Source of the DNA: Scyliorhinus canicula
Lineage: Eukaryota
Direction: 5' to 3'
DNA: 64,000 nucleotides
Assembly (NCBI RefSeq): GCF_902713615.1
Contig: NC_052164.1
Span: 9,339,088-9,403,087 of the forward strand
This document shows, piece after piece, positions 60,349 through 64,000 of the stretch. The translations under genes and the position numbers were made by a program. The notes beneath the pieces were generated by a model that worked only from the letters and a program-made list of their open reading frames with translations, was not told the origin of the DNA and did no database searches. Each line of letters opens with the position of its first letter. Position 1 is the stretch's first letter.

Positions 60349-61503
60349 ATGCATAAGATAAAGATGCATGGCATTAAGGGTAAAGTAGTAGCATGGATAG
60401 AGGATTGGTTAATTAATAGAAAGCAAAGAGTGGGGATTAATGGGTGTTTCTCTGGTTGGCAATCAGTAGCTAGTGGTGTCCCTCAGGGATCAGTGTAGGG
60501 CCCACAATTGTTCACAATTTACACAGATGATTTGGAGTTGGGGACCAAGGGCAATGTGTCCAAGTTTGCAGACGACACTAAGATGAGTGGTAAAGCAAAA
60601 ATTGCTTTACTGGATAAGGATATCGGAAGTCTGCAGAGGGATTTGGACAGGTTAAGTGAATGGGCTAGGGTCTGGCAGATGGAATACAATGTTGACAAAT
60701 GTGAGGTAATCCATTTTGGTAGGAATAACAGCAAAAGGGATTATTATTTAAATGATAAAATATTAAAACATGCTGCTGTGCAGAGAGACCTGGGTGTGCT
60801 AGTGCATGAGTCGCAAAAAGTTGGTTTACAGGTGCAACAGGGTATTAAGAAGGCAAATGGAGTTTTGTCCTTCATTGCTAGAGGGATGGAGTTTAAGACT
60901 AGGGAGGTTATGCTGCAATTATATAAGGTGTTAGTGAGGTCATACCTGGAGTATTGTGTTCAGTTTTGGTCTCCTTACCTGAGAAAGGACGTACTGGTGT
61001 GGAGGGTGTGCAGAGGAGATTCACTAGGTTAATTCCAGAGCTGAAGGGGTTGGATTACGAGGAGAGGTTGAGTAGACTGGGACTGTACTCGTTCAAATTT
61101 AGAAGGATGAGGGGGGATCTTATAGAAGCATATAAAATTATGAAGAGAATAGATAGGATAGATACGGGCAGGTTGTTTCCACTGGCGGGTGAAAGCAGAA
61201 CTAGGGGGCATAGCCTCAAAATAAGGGGAAGTAGATTTAGGACTGAGTTTAGGAGGAACTTCTTCACCCAAAGGGTTGTGAATCTATGGAATTCTTTGCC
61301 CAGTGAAGCAGTTGAGGCTGCTTCATTAAATGTTTTAAAGATAGAGAAAGATAGTTTTTTGAAGAATAAAGGGATTAAGGGTGTTCGGGCCGGAAAGTGG
61401 AGCTGAGTCCACAAAGGATCAGCCATGATCTCATTGAATGGCGGAGCAGGCTCGAGGGGCCAGATGGCCTACTCCTGCTCCTCGTTCTTATGTTCTTATG
61501 TTT
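60349..61503 (+). mobile_element. CR1 3' portion (RT to tail), relatively young
   Basis: SGVPQGSV, SKFADDTK, LEYCVQFWSP, RNFFTQRVVNLWN; tail ttcttatgttcttatg. Confidence 0.93.
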
Positions 61504-63422
61504 ATCCCAAAGCCACTATCTAAAGATCAACTAGGGAGGTCTTGTAGGTATCCTGGCTAATATTTATCCCTCAACCATGTCACTAACAGAAGTGATTATT
61601 CAGTCATTATCGCATTGCTGTTCTCTTGGGATCTTGCTGTGCACATACTGGCTGCTGCATTTTCAACATTACAACAGCGACTACACTTGAAATGCGCTTC
61701 ACTGACTGTAACACACTTCAGAATGTTCTGAGATTGTGAAAAGTGATGTAGAAAGGCTGCAAATTCTTTCCTTTCCTGGCTCCACTAAACTTCCAACATG
61801 TTCATCCCAACCCATCTCTCTCCCTCCCAACTTTGGCAGTCACCAAATGGGTTTAACCTTCAAAATAACTGGCCCACCCAGAGCTGAGATAGAGCGTATT
61901 TAGAGGGAAATTGGCTCGAAGACAATGCATTTTATCCTTTGACAAATACTTAGTCAGGCCTCAGCTACAACCCAGTTTTGAATCAAAACAAAGCTTCGGA
62001 AAGGTGCCGAGGAAGGTCACGGAATCAATCCTGAGTTTGAAGCTTCTTGGTTATCAGGATTAAATAAGCTGGGAGTCTATCCTGAATCAAGGATAATTTA
62101 ATCATAGGTTCATAAGATAATGAAGGGAATAGAGAGCGCTTGTGTAGGTTGTTCCAATTAAATAGATCAAGAAGGACCAAGGGACACCATCTTAAATTGC
62201 ATTTTAAATTGGATCTAGATTAGATGTCAGGAAGTGGTTCATTCCCCTGGAAACCCCTGGAAACCTCTGGAACAGGCTGCAGTGGCTGCCGGCTCCCGGA
62301 ATTCCTTCTTGCAAGAGCTGGACCAGTTCCTCATGGTGGTGGAGATCACCTGGGACAAGAGTGTCGGAACAACAGATAATTATGAGGGCCTGGACTGGTC
62401 CTGAATACTTAAAGGGTTCGGAAAGAGGAAGTCTCCCCAAATTATCCTGGGTCCTTCTCTCCGAGGAGATCCTTGGGCTGTTGGGGCCGGGAATGGATAT
62501 AATTGTTCTTCAGTTTTATGGGATGGATTGGAGGGCCTTTGCCAGTCCATTGAAGGACACAGATTTAAGGTAATTGACAAAGAAACCAGAGCCAACGTTA
62601 AAAAAAAAACCTTTTTACTCAATGAGTGGTTAGTATTTGGAATACAAATTGGGTGGAGGATACTGATTCAATAGTCACCTCCAACATTCAACGAGAGAAA
62701 TATATGAAGGGGAAAAAGTTACAGGAAACTGGCGCAGAGTGGGACTAACTGTTAGCCTCGATGGGCTGAATGGCCTCCGTATTGTACCATGGTTCAATGA
62801 CGTGGTCAGAGAAACTGACCGAGGTTGATTACACGGGGGTTTTCACTGATTAACTACTTCTCTCTGACTGGGGCGGGAAATAACTCTTGCCTCCTACTCC
62901 CCTTTTTATTGGTCCCATTTTGCCACTGTCCAGCAACAGTGAAACAATGACCTATAATTTCCTTCGTCATGACCAAACTGCTGTGCATTTCCAGCAGTTT
63001 CTGTCCTTATTTCAAATTTCCAATTTTATTTTTAACCTCATCCAGCTGAGTCTAGCCCGGCACCACGTCATGCTAACCAGGCTTGAAAAAAAAGGAAGGT
63101 CGATTACTCTCAGACCCGAGTCAGCTGCCAGTTGGCCAAAGACGGTTAGACCTCACACTGATAATCGGGATCATTGAGGGAAAACATATCGTGCTGTGGT
63201 CATTAATATGTGGTTTAATATAGACAAAGACTCGGCAGTGAAACAGTCTTCCCTTTGTGTGTTCTTGTGCTCCCATTTAAAAGAAGTAATGAGTTATGAG
63301 ACTGTGCAAATTAAGTCCTTAATTTCTACAACACAGAAACAAATCCAATGTTTCTATGATGGCGTTTGTTCTCCAAATGAGCTTGCCCCAACCTCTTTCT
63401 CTCTTATCCTACCACCATAATC

Positions 63423-64000
63423 TTTTTAAAAATCTAGAGTACCCAATTATTGATTTTCCAATTAAGGGGCAATTTAGCGTGTTCAATCCACCTAACTTGC
63501 ACATCTATGGGTTGTGGGAGTGAAACCCATGTAGACATGGGGAGAATGTCTTTGGGGCAGCAGGGTAGCATGGTGGTTAGCATAAATGCTTCACAGCTCC
63601 AGGGTCCCAGGTTCGATTCCCGGCTGGGTCACTGTCTGTGCGGAGTCTGCACGTCCTCCCCGTGTGTGCGTGGGTTTCCTCCGGGTGCTCCGGTTTCCTC
63701 CCACAGTCCAAAGAAGTGCGGGTTAGGTGGATTGGCCATGATAAATTGCCCGTAGTGTCCTAATAAAAAAAGTAAGGTTAAGGGGGGGGTTGTTGGGTTA
63801 CGGGTATAGGGTGGATACGTGGGTTTGAGTGGGGTGATCATGGCTCGGCACAACATTGAGGGCTGAAGGGCCTGTTCTGTGCTGTACTGTTCTATGTTCT
63901 ATGTTCTATGTTCTAATGTGCAAACTCCACACGACAGTGACCCGGGGCTGGGACCGAAGCCGGGTCTTCGGCGCTGTGAAGCAGCAGTGCTAACCACTGC
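63423..64000. mobile_element. Type C SINE (-) interrupted by a type A SINE (+, 63554-63914)
   Basis: Type C sequence ggagaatgt|gcaaactcc is split, with aatgt duplicated. Confidence 0.88.

Overview
Repeat-dense vertebrate genomic DNA, almost certainly from a shark or other elasmobranch: it is dominated by HE1/V-SINE-type SINEs, HER1/CR1 LINEs and Deu-domain SINEs. The window holds the last three coding exons of LASP1 on the + strand (24608-24719, 31269-31357, 34932-35105; the last encodes the SH3 domain) and a probable ~3.4 kb 3'UTR. About 6 kb past the LASP1 stop is a 25-codon ORF that the ORF track misses (41063-41140, MLDVFLLMLFAIVSLVILSYIIYVL). It is a single hydrophobic helix that matches, by sequence and synteny, my recollection of the human LINC00672/LASP1NB micropeptide; this is the most notable finding. 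The rest is nested mobile DNA: CR1, L1, L2 and RTE fragments, solo LTRs, GC-rich TIR MITEs with CTG target duplications, Penelope-like inverted repeats with degenerate hammerhead motifs, and two minisatellites. A diverged inverted repeat carries two CTCF-like motifs. Nearly all ORFs in the supplied track are repeat artefacts. Family names come from recognition, not database searches, and repeat boundaries are approximate.
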